DNA of 62,463 bases, the filler included, from Choristocarpus tenellus KU-1152 (lineage: Eukaryota; Protista; Phaeophyceae), in NCBI GenBank assembly GCA_964200185.2. It is 11 parts of 11 records of this genome, joined end to end, with 100 filler letters (N's around TTAATTAATTAA, not from the genome) between each part and the next. Parts side by side here need not be neighbours in the genome. Positions count along the whole stretch, not along the records: positions 50,906 to 59,002 come from CAXNAD020005154.1; positions 59,103 to 62,463 come from CAXNAD020020541.1; 9 more parts are not named here. One strand, given 5' to 3'. The notes beneath the pieces were generated by a model. That model did not search any database. It worked only from the letters and a program-made list of their open reading frames with translations, and had not been told where the DNA came from. The position numbers were made by a program, and so were the translations under genes. Positions 51,444 to 62,463 of the stretch are shown piece after piece (position 1 is the first letter of the stretch; every line of letters starts with the position of its first letter).

Positions 51444-52120
51444 ATCAACTAAAAGTGAGATAAAATTGAAACACTAGACAGAGACGTCAAGCTATCTCAA
51501 ATTAGCTAAAGTGAAATGGAAAACAAATATCCAGAAGACCTGGATTCAATCACATTGATTTTGCTGGTTCAATTAAGGTCATACTCCTACTGACAAGAGT
51601 CTTGTGTTTATAAATTCACAGGTGACTAATAGACTAGAGTATAGACAGAGTTCTCCCACAGCAGAAATTGTCTATAAGACAAGAAAATTGAAGCAGCAAT
51701 GATGGTACTAACAGTAGTTATTGTGACACAAAACCGATAATTGGGTCGAATCCACCAGGGTCATGTTCTATGAACAGTATCATATAACAGGCATAGAGAA
51801 AGAACCTTGTCTAACATCTACCCTGAATCAGAAGAACAGGGTTGGGAATAAAAGTGGCAAGTGCAACTTGAGTGTGTGATTTTTTTTTTTGGCAGAATTG
51901 AAGTTGCTCAGGCAATTAAGGAAAAGAGGTAATGAAAACTTTGTATCTATGAAACAAGTCACTGTCTCCTTTCTCAATGGTCTTACACATACCATGAGGC
52001 AAGGCGTTGCTGTATGCCTCCATGAATTCTGCATAAATTCGGTGCAGATGTATTCATTCAGGTGGAAGGCCATTCTCTAAAGTTAAATATCTTGATGCTC
52101 TTGCTTGGGCAGGAATATTA

Positions 52121-52301
52121 GGGTCAAAGTATCTTGGGGGGGAGGGTGTCGGCGTCTGTTTTCACCCTTTTTTCGATTTTCACTTTTTTGATGTGATTTG
52201 GTCGAAAGGGTCGGATTTGAAATATAAGAAAAAAAAAGGGTTGTTTGGCCGAAACGGACGCCCTCTCACAAACCACCCCACCCCCCAAGATACTTTGACC
52301 C
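52121..52301. mobile_element. MITE family B-related copy with 4-bp TSD ATTA
   Basis: Perfect TIR gggtcaaagtatcttgggggg / ccccccaagatactttgaccc; ATTA on both sides. Confidence 0.9.
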
Positions 52302-52558
52302 ATTAGTGGGATATGAGAAAGGTATCATCTCTTGTCACATATGGAGGCCAGAGATTGGAACAGTATTAGTATGTAGAAATGTGAAGTATGGCAATCACAA
52401 AGTTGGGGCAGTTTTATCCAAACGTAAACGGCAAAACTCCCTTTCCCAAATACTTCACAGCCACCGTGTCGTCTCCACTGAGAATCCCAAGGGCCAACAA
52501 CATCTTTGAACACTTGAAGGAGAATTGTTGTACACTTGCTATACGTATGGCAATTGCA

Positions 52559-54370
52559 GACCCATAGTATCTTAGAGGGGAGGTGCTTAGACCAGTTTCT
52601 CCCTTCAGGACTTGATGGGGGTGTTGTAAGACATCCCAGTTTGATTCCCGTTTTGCAAGTCGTTTTCCTTTGGATTTGGTTCAGGCAGGGGGATAAAAAA
52701 GGAAGGTGCATTCAGATGAAGGAAATTACCCCTAGATCTGACACGTTCACTCAGATGACATAGAAATCACTACAGGTTCACGCAGGCCCTCAATTGACGC
52801 CTGACTCTCCTCTAGGATACTATGCATCACAATTCCACTGTGGGACTTGCATTTGTCGTATGATGTGTCAACCAACCCTGCAACTGACTTTGGAGTGCCA
52901 GAAATTTGCCACCCAGAGCCAATAGAAAGTGTGGAAAACAACAGGTTATTAAAGGCAACATGCTATACCAAAGTACGAAGCAAAGATTTGTGCATCCATC
53001 AGAGCTCACCCCTATTAAAGTGCAGAATATCTGGGATGAAAAATGCAGAGAATCAATCCTGCCCTATCGCCCAGCTCCATGTCCACCTGGATGAAAATGG
53101 GCTTGAGAAGCCCATCTCAACAGTCTGGCAGTGACCGGAGAACCTGGCGGGGACAGAATATACCTATCACACCAATCCTCGCTTAATTTTGGTATCAGGA
53201 GCACAGAGAGGATTTTGTGGTTGATTTGGTTTATCATTGATCCAAGACTTCACATAACATTAGCAACTAGATTTATGTGGACGAATTTTGGTTCTACTTC
53301 TCACAGGACAGGAAAAGGTGTGGGATTTTGCCTACGAGAACTGTCCAAGGTCACCCACAGCAAGTACAAGAGCCCTTTCTCTTCAAGTTCATGTTCATTG
53401 TGGCAAACGCAAACCCTTCCTACAACATCAACACCATGTTTGGGATTTGGCGTGTTTGTGTCATGAAGAGGGCTGGGTCTAACAAGTGGACGTTAGGAGA
53501 GGAAGACCCCTTCGATGTGACTATTGACCATGGCTGTTACCGGAAGTGGTACACCAAATGCTTTTTGCCCACAACCCATAAAGAAATGCGCTGTCTGCGT
53601 GGCCAGTGTGTGGTGGTCCAGCAGGACAACTTAACCCTACATGGGCTGGTGTACTTAGGTTGTCGTTTTTGCAGCTGGGGGAGGTAATGGGTGACATCTG
53701 ATCCTTGTGATGCAGCTGGCACAGTCACCGGACCTCACAATTAACAACCCAGACTTCTTTTGATACTCAGTAGTAGGGTTCGGGAGGCTTCATCCAGTAC
53801 TGTTGACCTTGCCCAAGGCGTTTTCGACCTCATTCAAAATAAGATGCTGTGACACTCGAGGGGGTGTGGCAAAGTCTACCCAAGGTATATAATATGGTCC
53901 TAAACTTACAATTTCAGTGTGCCAAAAATGGACATTGTGTGCAGCAGCATTATATCTTTTCAAAAAATTCTGGATATAGACAAAGAACCGTTCTTGAATG
54001 TATATGGAGTTGCAGGTGGATGGTGACATCTAGATAAAGACACATTCTTTCAACTTTATATAGGTAGTGATTCCAAAAATCATACCAGTTGTTTATTGGA
54101 GGTCATCTCTATCTTTTATTGCTACCAAAGCACTACAAAACATCAGCAAGCGACATGGATTCATTTTCTCTTCAACTTGATATTTAATAGTTCAAGTTCC
54201 TGGATTTTTGATAAAGCACCTCAGCCTTGACTATGCAGATCTTTAAGCATAAGCTGGTACAACCTGTGGTTTGAAAGCAACACCAAACATTTTGAACCTA
54301 TTAGCTGAGGACAACAGCTTCATCACTGATGGTGCTTTCAACATAGAAGAACATGTCAGTATTCAAATAT
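52559..54370 (+). mobile_element. Heavily decayed transposase, probably cysteine-cluster/KDZ (Kyakuja-Dileera-Zisupton) type, preceded by a TIR-like end
   Basis: Frameshifted peptides appear in KDZ-like order: SSRILCITIPLW, GVPEICHPEP/RKCG/KATCYTK, DEFWFYF..GFCLREL, FLQHQHHVWDLACLCHEEG..DVTID, VIPK, FDKAP/LDYA, FITDGAF. Starts with gacccatagtatcttagagggg. Family assignment is by eye only. Confidence 0.45.
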
Positions 54371-55275
54371 ATTTAGCTCAAAGTCCAGATCCGCTTAATA
54401 TCTGCAACCTTTATTGGAAGGTTGGAAGGTACATGTTTTCCGCCTCCTCTCAGGCATGCTTAGCCCAAATGCCCAGACCACCTTCAGAATCCTGGTCAGA
54501 CTGGCTTGGGTCTTGCCTATGTCGTAAGCACAGTAAGATTGACCTCTTTTAATATCAACCTCCCTGCTTTTCTTCTTCTGGGCGGGGAGGGAGTGTCGTT
54601 TGTGTGTTATGTGCGCACTTCAAGATCGACAAAAAGGCGGTCCCGAAAAAAATCGCTGCCCCTGTCTGGCTAGTGCCTTTGTTGCACAATGACTCAGAGC
54701 TGACCTGGAGTAAGAGAACATATTTCATGAGGAACAGTGTGGTTCCTGGCCTTGATGCTTCACAGTGGACATGATGTACACCCTACGTGCCCTCCCGGGG
54801 CAGCATGTCTTATTTCTGTACAATGAAATACATAAACAGAGAAAGGTGCATGCTTCTCCTGTCCGAGCTCCTGAAGGGTATGTAGAGTGTACATAACGTC
54901 CAATGTGGAGCACCAAGAAAGAAAACCGCGATTTTCCCTTCATGGTTTTTGTTCTCCTGTTCCAGGTAAGTTCTCAGTGAGAAGCACTGTTTACTCAGAT
55001 TGTGCCACAATGAGATGGCTCTGTACTTACCACAGTCCGTCTAATCCCTCTTCTTGTAGACCACCTTGATAACTGCATTCTTCAAAACCTACAGGACATC
55101 TTCCTGGTTCCATACATCTAATACAATCTTGTGGAAACCATGTAAGGTAATCTTATCCTTGTTGAGATCAAGTTTTAGAATTTGCATTGGGAGATGATCT
55201 GCTGGTCTTGTTGCCTCCCTGTTTGTCATGACACAGGTTATCTCTTCCACTCCCACTAGCGTTGATGTATCAGCT

Positions 55276-55534
55276 AGGTCAAAGTACCTTAGAGCGTAGA
55301 GTCGTGTCCATTTGGGGGCCAAAATCCAATGTTGCAATTTAAATGTAATTTTGGCTGTGATGTTTGTTAGGGGATGTCAATATCCTTTTTCCGGACACTC
55401 CTTTTCATAACGTATACATTTTACCTACTCCGAATCACTTTGGAGTAGCTAAAATGTCTTAAAAAAACAGTGGGAAGTCAAGCCTCAAATGGACAAAAAG
55501 GGAAAAACTCGTACCCTCCAAGATACTTTCACTC
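55276..55534. mobile_element. MITE family A, full copy in reverse orientation
   Basis: aggtcaaagtaccttagagcgta ... taccctccaagatactttcactc; flanks AGCT / AGAT. Confidence 0.85.
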
Positions 55535-55897
55535 AGATGGCACCACACAAGTGGATCATTGATTGAGGGGTTCAGCATTATTGGGATTGAAGATGACTGA
55601 CTTGTAATTATGGAGCACCTCAAAGTGGCGCCCCCACCTTTCCTTGGATCCAAAGTATCTGTTGAAATCTGAATCGAATGCATCGTACATGTAAGCAAAA
55701 TGTGTAGACTACGAACGATGGGGAATCATGGTGTTGCAAAGCACTGATGATATATGCGTAGTCTTTGTTGTGGATCGATGTGATTGTGCTGCAAAGCACC
55801 GATGTATTTATTCCATTGTAACTGAGGTCATTGATCTCTCAGTCAAGAATCATGTGATGTGATTTCAGTGTTGTTTCATGAGATATTCAACGAAAGA

Positions 55898-56075
55898 GAC
55901 CCAAAGTATCTGGGGGCGGGGGGGGGTCTACACCAGGGTGTCCATTTAGGGCAAAACCAGGAAAAGTACACTTTCATTATCCATCCGAAGTATGGAACCA
56001 AAACACCCAAAAATCGCGACATGAAAAAATTGACCCGAAATGGACAGTCACTGTCCCCCCCAGATACTTTGAGCC
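55898..56075. mobile_element. MITE family B, full copy
   Basis: gacccaaagtatctggggg ... cccccagatactttgagcc. Confidence 0.88.
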
Positions 56076-56542
56076 AGAAGTCTATGCTCTGTGGAGAGGT
56101 TTGTTACCTTGGCTGGCAAGGGTTTCCGCGGATGGTTTTAATTCTGATTATATTTCATCCAGGTTTGCAGCTGGTACACTTATTGCAAATTGAGCTTGTT
56201 GCATTATGACAGGTCAATGACAACCAAGAAATAAATAATTATAAACAATTAACGTACAAATATCAGCTATCATCTTCTGCTGATAAGAAGAAGAAAGAAA
56301 AAAGAACAAACAAGAGAACAAGAGAACAAACTTGAATCAATATGTGATACAACTCAAGTGACGCATACTATCCCTGTGTGTAGAATGCAGAGTGACTGTT
56401 CTGTACTGCGGTGTTTTGACGGTAATTGATGTGGTGATGATGAACTAGTGACAGTAACGACCAGTGCACAACAGACCAATCAATAGTCAGTGTTGACTGG
56501 TGGAATTGTAGTGTATTAAGGAAAAACTGATGAGCAGCCTAT

Positions 56543-56724
56543 GTTTCAACAGTATCTGGGGAGAGGGGGGGGGTCCTACACCAGGTTGTCCATTTGGACC
56601 AAAGTCAGGAAAAGTGCATTTACATTTCCATCCGACATGTGCAACCAAATCACCCAAAAATCGTGACATGAAAAAATTGACCCCAACTGGACATCCGCCA
56701 CCTCCCCCCCAGATACTTTGAGCC
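56543..56724. mobile_element. MITE family B, near-full copy
   Basis: Degenerate left TIR, intact right TIR cccccagatactttgagcc, conserved interior. Confidence 0.85.
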
Positions 56725-59700
56725 TTGGTGATTCAGTTCTGCTCGCCTAGTGCCAGAGCATCCCAGAGGTGGGTCGATTTAGGTCCCTTTTGAGTGCAAG
56801 GGGCTTACAAAAATCTTCTGTTTGACACCCCCATTTCCATGCCCAAAAATTAGCTAACCTTCATCATCAGGAGGCTGAAGTCGTAGAAGAGGAGATGAAC
56901 GTTAGTCCACATAAGGATAAAATCGCCCCCCAGAGTGTTAGGAGTCCTGTATAATCCATGACATCCCCCTCTAGAGTACTATGGCTCAGTACCCAGCTGG
57001 ATTCTTTGTGGATTATTAGGAGGCACTCTGTCTGGTCCTCTCTGCTTTGAACCCCCTCCTCCCCTCGCAAAGTAGAAGCCTAGGCCACCAATCCCAATGG
57101 GCAAGTGTTGAAACATCAATAGGACATCCCACAATATTGTAGCTCATACAGGTCAAACACTGAGTGAATACCCTTTACTCTCTGGACTAAAGTATTCATC
57201 AGATAGATACTAAGTCATGATTAGATAAGAGTCATGCATAGAAGGGCCTATGTTCCCCCTTATGGAAGGTACACATCTGGTGTTCTGACTGCAGATGTAG
57301 GTTGGGCTATGGTCTTCATCCAAGACAATTACAGTAGTACAGACTAAGACATCAGGAACAAGTCACACGCACGTAGCCATTTATTGATGCCAGATACTCC
57401 GGGGCAGATAGCAAGTACACACATACTTGGTTCAATTGGACAAGCATTAGGGAAAACCCCCCAACAGACGCTGTTTTGTACTTTGTATTCTTCTGCTCCC
57501 TCACCTTCATATTCATAGGTTCTTGACCAAGAAAATTTGCAACAATGTGGTCACCCTTTGTTTAACGTAATCTTTCCCAAACTTAAGGCTCCTCACAGAT
57601 CATTTCCCTTTTTTTAAAGCAACGTTAAACTTGCCCGTATCCCTAAGCCCGATGAACAGGAGAAGTGATTTCATCCACCAGAGAATGATATCTTTGCCAA
57701 CGAACACTCTCCTTGCTGTTCCAACCATCAATCCGTTGGTTGTTCATCATTATTCTGTTATCCACTGGATACCTGTCTCTAAATTTAGCCCAGAAAATCA
57801 TCCCAAAAGGAGAGTATGATGGTCAAGAACAGACACTGGCACCCCCCCCCCCCCAGATACTTTGACCCTGATGAAAAGAATAGAATTCAGCAGTGATGGT
57901 GCTGGTGTTGGTGACTTGAGCAATCTTAGATGCTGTTTTGGCATGACGTACATTAGCCATCACAGCTTTGTTGGAATGCCACTCTGCCATGAAGCTCTCT
58001 GTACTGTCAGTCTCACAATCATATTATTATTATCACTGTTGGTTAGTGGCCGGGTGCTAACTCTTGCTGCCGACCAGAAATATGAAGGGCACTTATTTGC
58101 GAAGAAAGAAAGTGGATATCATCATCATAAATGAGAAATGATGGCCTGGTGGTGGCATGAAATTCGACAGGCAGGCAGGCAAGAGGGCAGGCACCAACAA
58201 CTCATAGTTTCCATGTTTTTTGTGGACAAATACGCTGTGTAACAAATACTCGATAGTGTGCAATGGTATGTAGGTAACAAAACAATACTACAAATATGTA
58301 CTCACTTGCATGGATATAATCATACACTAATCATACGTGAAAGCAGAAAAAAAAACTAATAAAAGGGAATGTTGAGAATCCTATGATTCGATTAAATCCA
58401 TGACTAATCGAAGAAACCAAAAATTAGAGGCATGATTTTTATTGGTTACTTTTCGTGTGAGTTCAGGCTATGTGTATTGCCCACTTCAGCGATTTGTGCG
58501 CGTCCTTTCATTTTGGGCACACATTTCGATTGCTAGCCTCATAGTCAAGCTTATTGCTATGTTTCTATCATATCCCATTTAATAAACTTGGACGTGGAGA
58601 GCAGTACAACAGCAGCACTGTGTGTCATATCACAACCCATAGATACATCAGGCATCACACGCACTGAGGGCTATTCTTGAATACCTGTGTACTTCAACAA
58701 GTATGTACTTGGAGGTCCTACAACCGATCCCTTTTCTTGAGCTCACTACCATCACAATAAAAGAGGAATAGTTACAAGGTTTGGCTCAAAGTATCTAGGA
58801 GGGGTGGTGGCTGTCCATTTTGGGCCAATTTTTTCATGTCGCGATTTTTGGGTGATTTGGTTCCATGCATTGGATGGATAATGAAAGTACACTTTTCCTG
58901 GTTTTGGACCAAATGGACACTCTGTTGTAGACCCCCCCCCCCCCCCAACAGACTGAGGCGTTTTAACACCGAACATGAAGGACGAGAAAGAACTAGTCAT
59001 TANNNNNNNNNNNNNNNNNNNNNNNNNNNNNNNNNNNNNNNNNNNNTTAATTAATTAANNNNNNNNNNNNNNNNNNNNNNNNNNNNNNNNNNNNNNNNNN
59101 NNCCTAAGTCGACGTCGGTGGGCTGACAAAGCCTGAAATGTGCATTAGATACCCCAGATACTTTGACCCGAGCATATGTATGAAGAGATAGTTGGCATTA
59201 ACTAGGCATGGATTCTTCACTACATGCTTGCGGTTTGCATCTTCTCCATGTGGTGACATACAAGAGCACTTATCTGTGAAACGTGCTTGCGAATAAAACA
59301 TCTAGTGCACATCCCTTTGTTCTACACTACAAAAACATTAGAGTAGTTCGTCGTTTTGAAGGTGGCGCAGGACCTGCCATTAGATCACAAGTATTCTTTA
59401 GAGTTTAATGTGTATTGAAGATAGAGTCTATCTCAAGTGGTGTCACACACGAGTTGGTCTTGTATGCAATACATGCACTGACAAGCAACACTTCCTATCC
59501 GCAGCAGAGTCATTATGGTCTCACTGTGAGAGATATACTTGGAATGTGATATCAAGCTGTTCAGGGTCAATGGACCAAAAGCACACAGCAAAGCCTAACC
59601 CTAATAACATACACCAAGCAAGTGCTACAATTCACTTTGCATATCTAACCATCCGAGGTGGCCTAAGTCGACGTCGGTGGGCTGACAAAGCCTGAAATGT

Positions 59701-59773
59701 GCATTAGATACCCCAGATACCCCCAATAGCAATTAGCTCACGTAGAACATCTATTACTCCCCTACTCACCCAC

Positions 59774-60499
59774 CTTGCAACCCTCGACCTTCACGATGGA
59801 GCTCCCCCTGACGATTAATCTGGGAAGCCAGGGGAGTGGCCATGTTACGGACGAAATCCATTCCACGCTAGTGCCATCCACATTAATGACCGTGAACCGG
59901 GGGTCACTAAAGAAGGCTCCAATCCCACGTAGCTCACTCTCAATCGCCGCCAAACCATTAAACGACCCCATGGGACCCCGCCACTTGACGTTGCTGCTAA
60001 GTACCTGACCCAGCACCCTAGCGTCCCCTCGAATCGCTAAGTTGACCCCTACTTCAAGCGCCTGCTCCAGCGAAAGCTCAGTGATATCATCTGCCGACTT
60101 CAATTCGTCAATCATGGAACCTTGGACTCCCTCCCGCACTACAGTTGAAGCTAGGGAGGGGTCAATGACAGTCGACAAGTCATTATCCTTCTCCAACGAA
60201 AGATCAGCAACGTTCTCAGCCACTTGGTTCAATTCGTCATCCAGTGGTACATCGACCATTCCCATTTTTGTAGTTGATGTTGACGACGGATCAGTAACAG
60301 CCTCGAAGTCCTCGCCTGAAGCCACAAAGAGCGGGGACGAGCAAGACGGATGCGAGATTGACTGCACCGTAGTCCATAGGGATCGATAGCAACGAGGAGA
60401 TACGTAGGGCGCTCGAGAGAAGGAGAGACACCCGCATGCGAACCCCAGCAGTACCAACCCCTTTAGCAACCTTCCCCTACACATGATAACTGGTACCAT
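59774..60499 (-). CDS. Probable plastid-targeted DUF2358/SnoaL-like (NTF2-fold) protein, exon 1; 3' partial
   Basis: 242 codons up to the donor AAG|GTGGGT. Signal peptide LLKGLVLLGFACGCLS|FSRAP is followed by an S/R-rich transit-like stretch. C-terminal VKWRGPMGSFNGL...VEWISSVTWPLPWLPRLIVRGSS resembles DUF2358. Confidence 0.75.
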
Positions 60500-60875
60500 G
60501 TCGGTCTGGCAGTTTGATCGGGCTTGGTCAAAGCCACTAGCATCAATAGACGAGGGCAGAGAGCCCCGTCTGCAAGGGGAAGAGAATGATAAGAGTTAGG
60601 TAACGTGTGGAACCCCCTCTTATGACCTCCCTACACCGAACTCGTTGATTTTGTTAAATGGGCGAATCATGTAGATCAAGACGCCTCGCAAGCCTTCTTG
60701 ACCTCCGCTTGAGAGAAATTCCCTACGATAGAGGAAGACGGAGCGAAGAGTGAAAAGAAGAGGATTTGCAAAAGACTCGAACAGGTGGAATAGTCCTCTA
60801 AGCTTGAAGGTGTGGTGATCTGAGCCCGGCATCTGGGCATAACAGCCCTGATTTAGTACACGGCTGTACAGCAAA
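60500..60875. promoter_or_regulatory. Probable bidirectional promoter
   Basis: 376 bp between the divergent ATGs at 60499 (-) and 60876 (+). Confidence 0.45.
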
Positions 60876-61714
60876 ATGACCTCCACAATGCGTGGAACGG
60901 CACAGGTGAGGGACGGCGATTTTGGCAATTGAGGGGGAAGATCACTTGGCGGCAAGTTTATTTGAGTTCCCTGAATTCGTAACAAGTACGATCAGCTCGT
61001 ATGTAATCTTCTCCACACCTTCACTTGTTGAGATCATTTCGTTTGTCCGTTCCCTTCCAACATTACGCGATACATTCAACCCACTTCCTGGGTGTTGTCC
61101 AATCGCCAGCCTGTCAAGAGTAAGTCTTTTTATTAACCTCTTTCGCTGCAACCGATATGAACCATTCCCTCCCAGGGTCAGATTTTCCTGGACTACTTCA
61201 ACCCCATATTGGAGAACGCCATTGGGCCGAGGGTCAACGAAGGGAAACGTGAGCCGTGCGAGCTCAAGGTGTCGGATTTTGACGATGTTATGTACCTCCT
61301 CGAGGTGAGAACATGATTGAATTGGGATCGTCTGCCGTATTGCAACCGTCTGCTTCCTGTGCTGCACCAGCGTTCGCTGGCTTGGTGTAGTTTGCTTCAC
61401 CTCCTTGTCATGCTCGTTTGATTTGGACTGAATTGTGCCTTGTCTTGGCAATAAAATTCACACTGGTTCTCAACTGCACATCACATCAACAGTCTCCACA
61501 TTTCTGCTAGGCAACATACTCGGCATCCCAGAAAATTGCACTGGAGTCCTCTAAATATATCGTGACGGGATGGTGAAGGTGACTCCTTGTTCTTCAGATC
61601 CTCCCCCCTAATCAACCTAACAAGTGATTTTGGAAATTGCTGTCAGGTCCAACCAAATTCCGTCAACACTATGTCTCTATCCATCTCCATGAATGGCTTC
61701 AAAGAGATACAAAG
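60876..61714 (+). CDS. ARPC2: Arp2/3 complex subunit 2 (p34-Arc), first three exons; 3' partial
   Basis: Exons 60876-60905, 61176-61304, 61647-61714: MTSTMRGTAQ|GQIFLDYFNPILENAIGPRVNEGKREPCELKVSDFDDVMYLLE|VQPNSVNTMSLSISMNGFKEIQ. This follows the ARPC2 N-terminal pattern (ILL..NRI.E...E...ADFDGV.Y...VSIS...KELQ). Absent from the supplied ORF track. Confidence 0.88.
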
Positions 61715-62463
61715 GTGTGTCGGAGGATAGCATGCTTGGAGATGAAGACTTATTGTTTGCAATTTGGGGGTGTCAATGACGTTGATGCTACACTTGTTTT
61801 GTTTGAGTTCTCTTTAAGGCTGCCATTGGCCTGGATATTAAAGGTACCTCAACAATTATCGTTATACATGGAATTCAATTCAAGTCCTTGACAGTTGATG
61901 TCCTTGCGGAGCTAGAAAACTTCGCCATTAGTCCTGTTTCACCATGTAGAAATCTATCTTCTTTTTGGTGATATCCTGTTGTTGCTAGGTCGAATAATTC
62001 AACATATATCAAAGATGCTGTCAGTTTCCCATTGCTCCAAGGTACCCCAGAAAATGAGATTCTGGGCCAAATGTCGCAAGGGATGCCTTGGGTAACCTGG
62101 AAAGGGATGGGAGTTAAGTATTCCAGTAAGAAATACTGTGGGTGTGGATGTTCAAGGTAAATTGCCATTGCGCAAGGAGATGAGGTGATTACTGGGTAGT
62201 ACTGAAATGTGGGTCAAATCCCTGCGATATTCTCGTCTTTGCGAGGTCAAATTGGAGAAGGGGGGGTGAAGACTGTTTCTAGGTTCCTATCGGTGGGGGC
62301 ACTTCATGGATCCACTATAGACAAACCTATTCCACATGACTGAAGGGTGCCTCTTTCAAGGTTGTGCGCAACCCCCCCCCCCCTCCTCCACCCCTTCCTT
62401 TCGTCCCCCCTTTTTTTCCCCCAAATACTTTGCGTCCGGCCAACCCCCTGATAAGCCCTCCCT

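Noticed and set aside
4158-59102. Repeated TTAATTAATTAA palindrome between N runs, and the apparent clustering of LSM7, annexin, RFC2 and ARPC2
   Set aside because: Artificial six-frame-stop spacers joining separate contigs; neither the motif nor the gene neighbourhood is biological evidence.
60620-61451. ORFs of 121, 128 and 169 aa in the supplied track
   Set aside because: Shadow frames overlapping the ARPC2 exons, introns and promoter.

Overview
Intron-rich eukaryotic nuclear DNA, most likely from a photosynthetic stramenopile such as a brown alga. This is inferred from a bipartite signal/transit peptide, a red-lineage-like plastid petA fragment, the presence of ARPC2 and abundant TTAGGG motifs. 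The window is not contiguous: 11 contigs are joined by artificial 100-nt spacers (N44-TTAATTAATTAA-N44), so adjacency across spacers means nothing. Genes reconstructed by hand from splice sites and phases: complete LSM7; partial RFC2, ARPC2, a multi-tetrad annexin, an armadillo-repeat protein, a plastid-targeted DUF2358/SnoaL-like protein, an orphan coiled-coil/RG-rich gene and a charged RD-repeat protein. There is also a degenerate tRNA-Trp(CCA). The rest is rich in transposons: two related MITE families with 4-bp TSDs, a ~490-bp family with GTTACAG/CTGTAAC ends and 6-bp TSDs, hAT-like MITEs, Copia and Gypsy relics, and a decayed, probably KDZ-type transposase. Best observations: a plastid petA fragment inside an annexin intron between 30-bp direct repeats; an annexin with at least two tandem tetrads; a candidate GC-AG intron bounded by a 12-bp direct repeat; decoy 5' splice sites embedded in telomeric repeats; and the possible link between the MITEs and the KDZ-like transposase. 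I see no clear-cut new multi-gene system, and no database searches were run.
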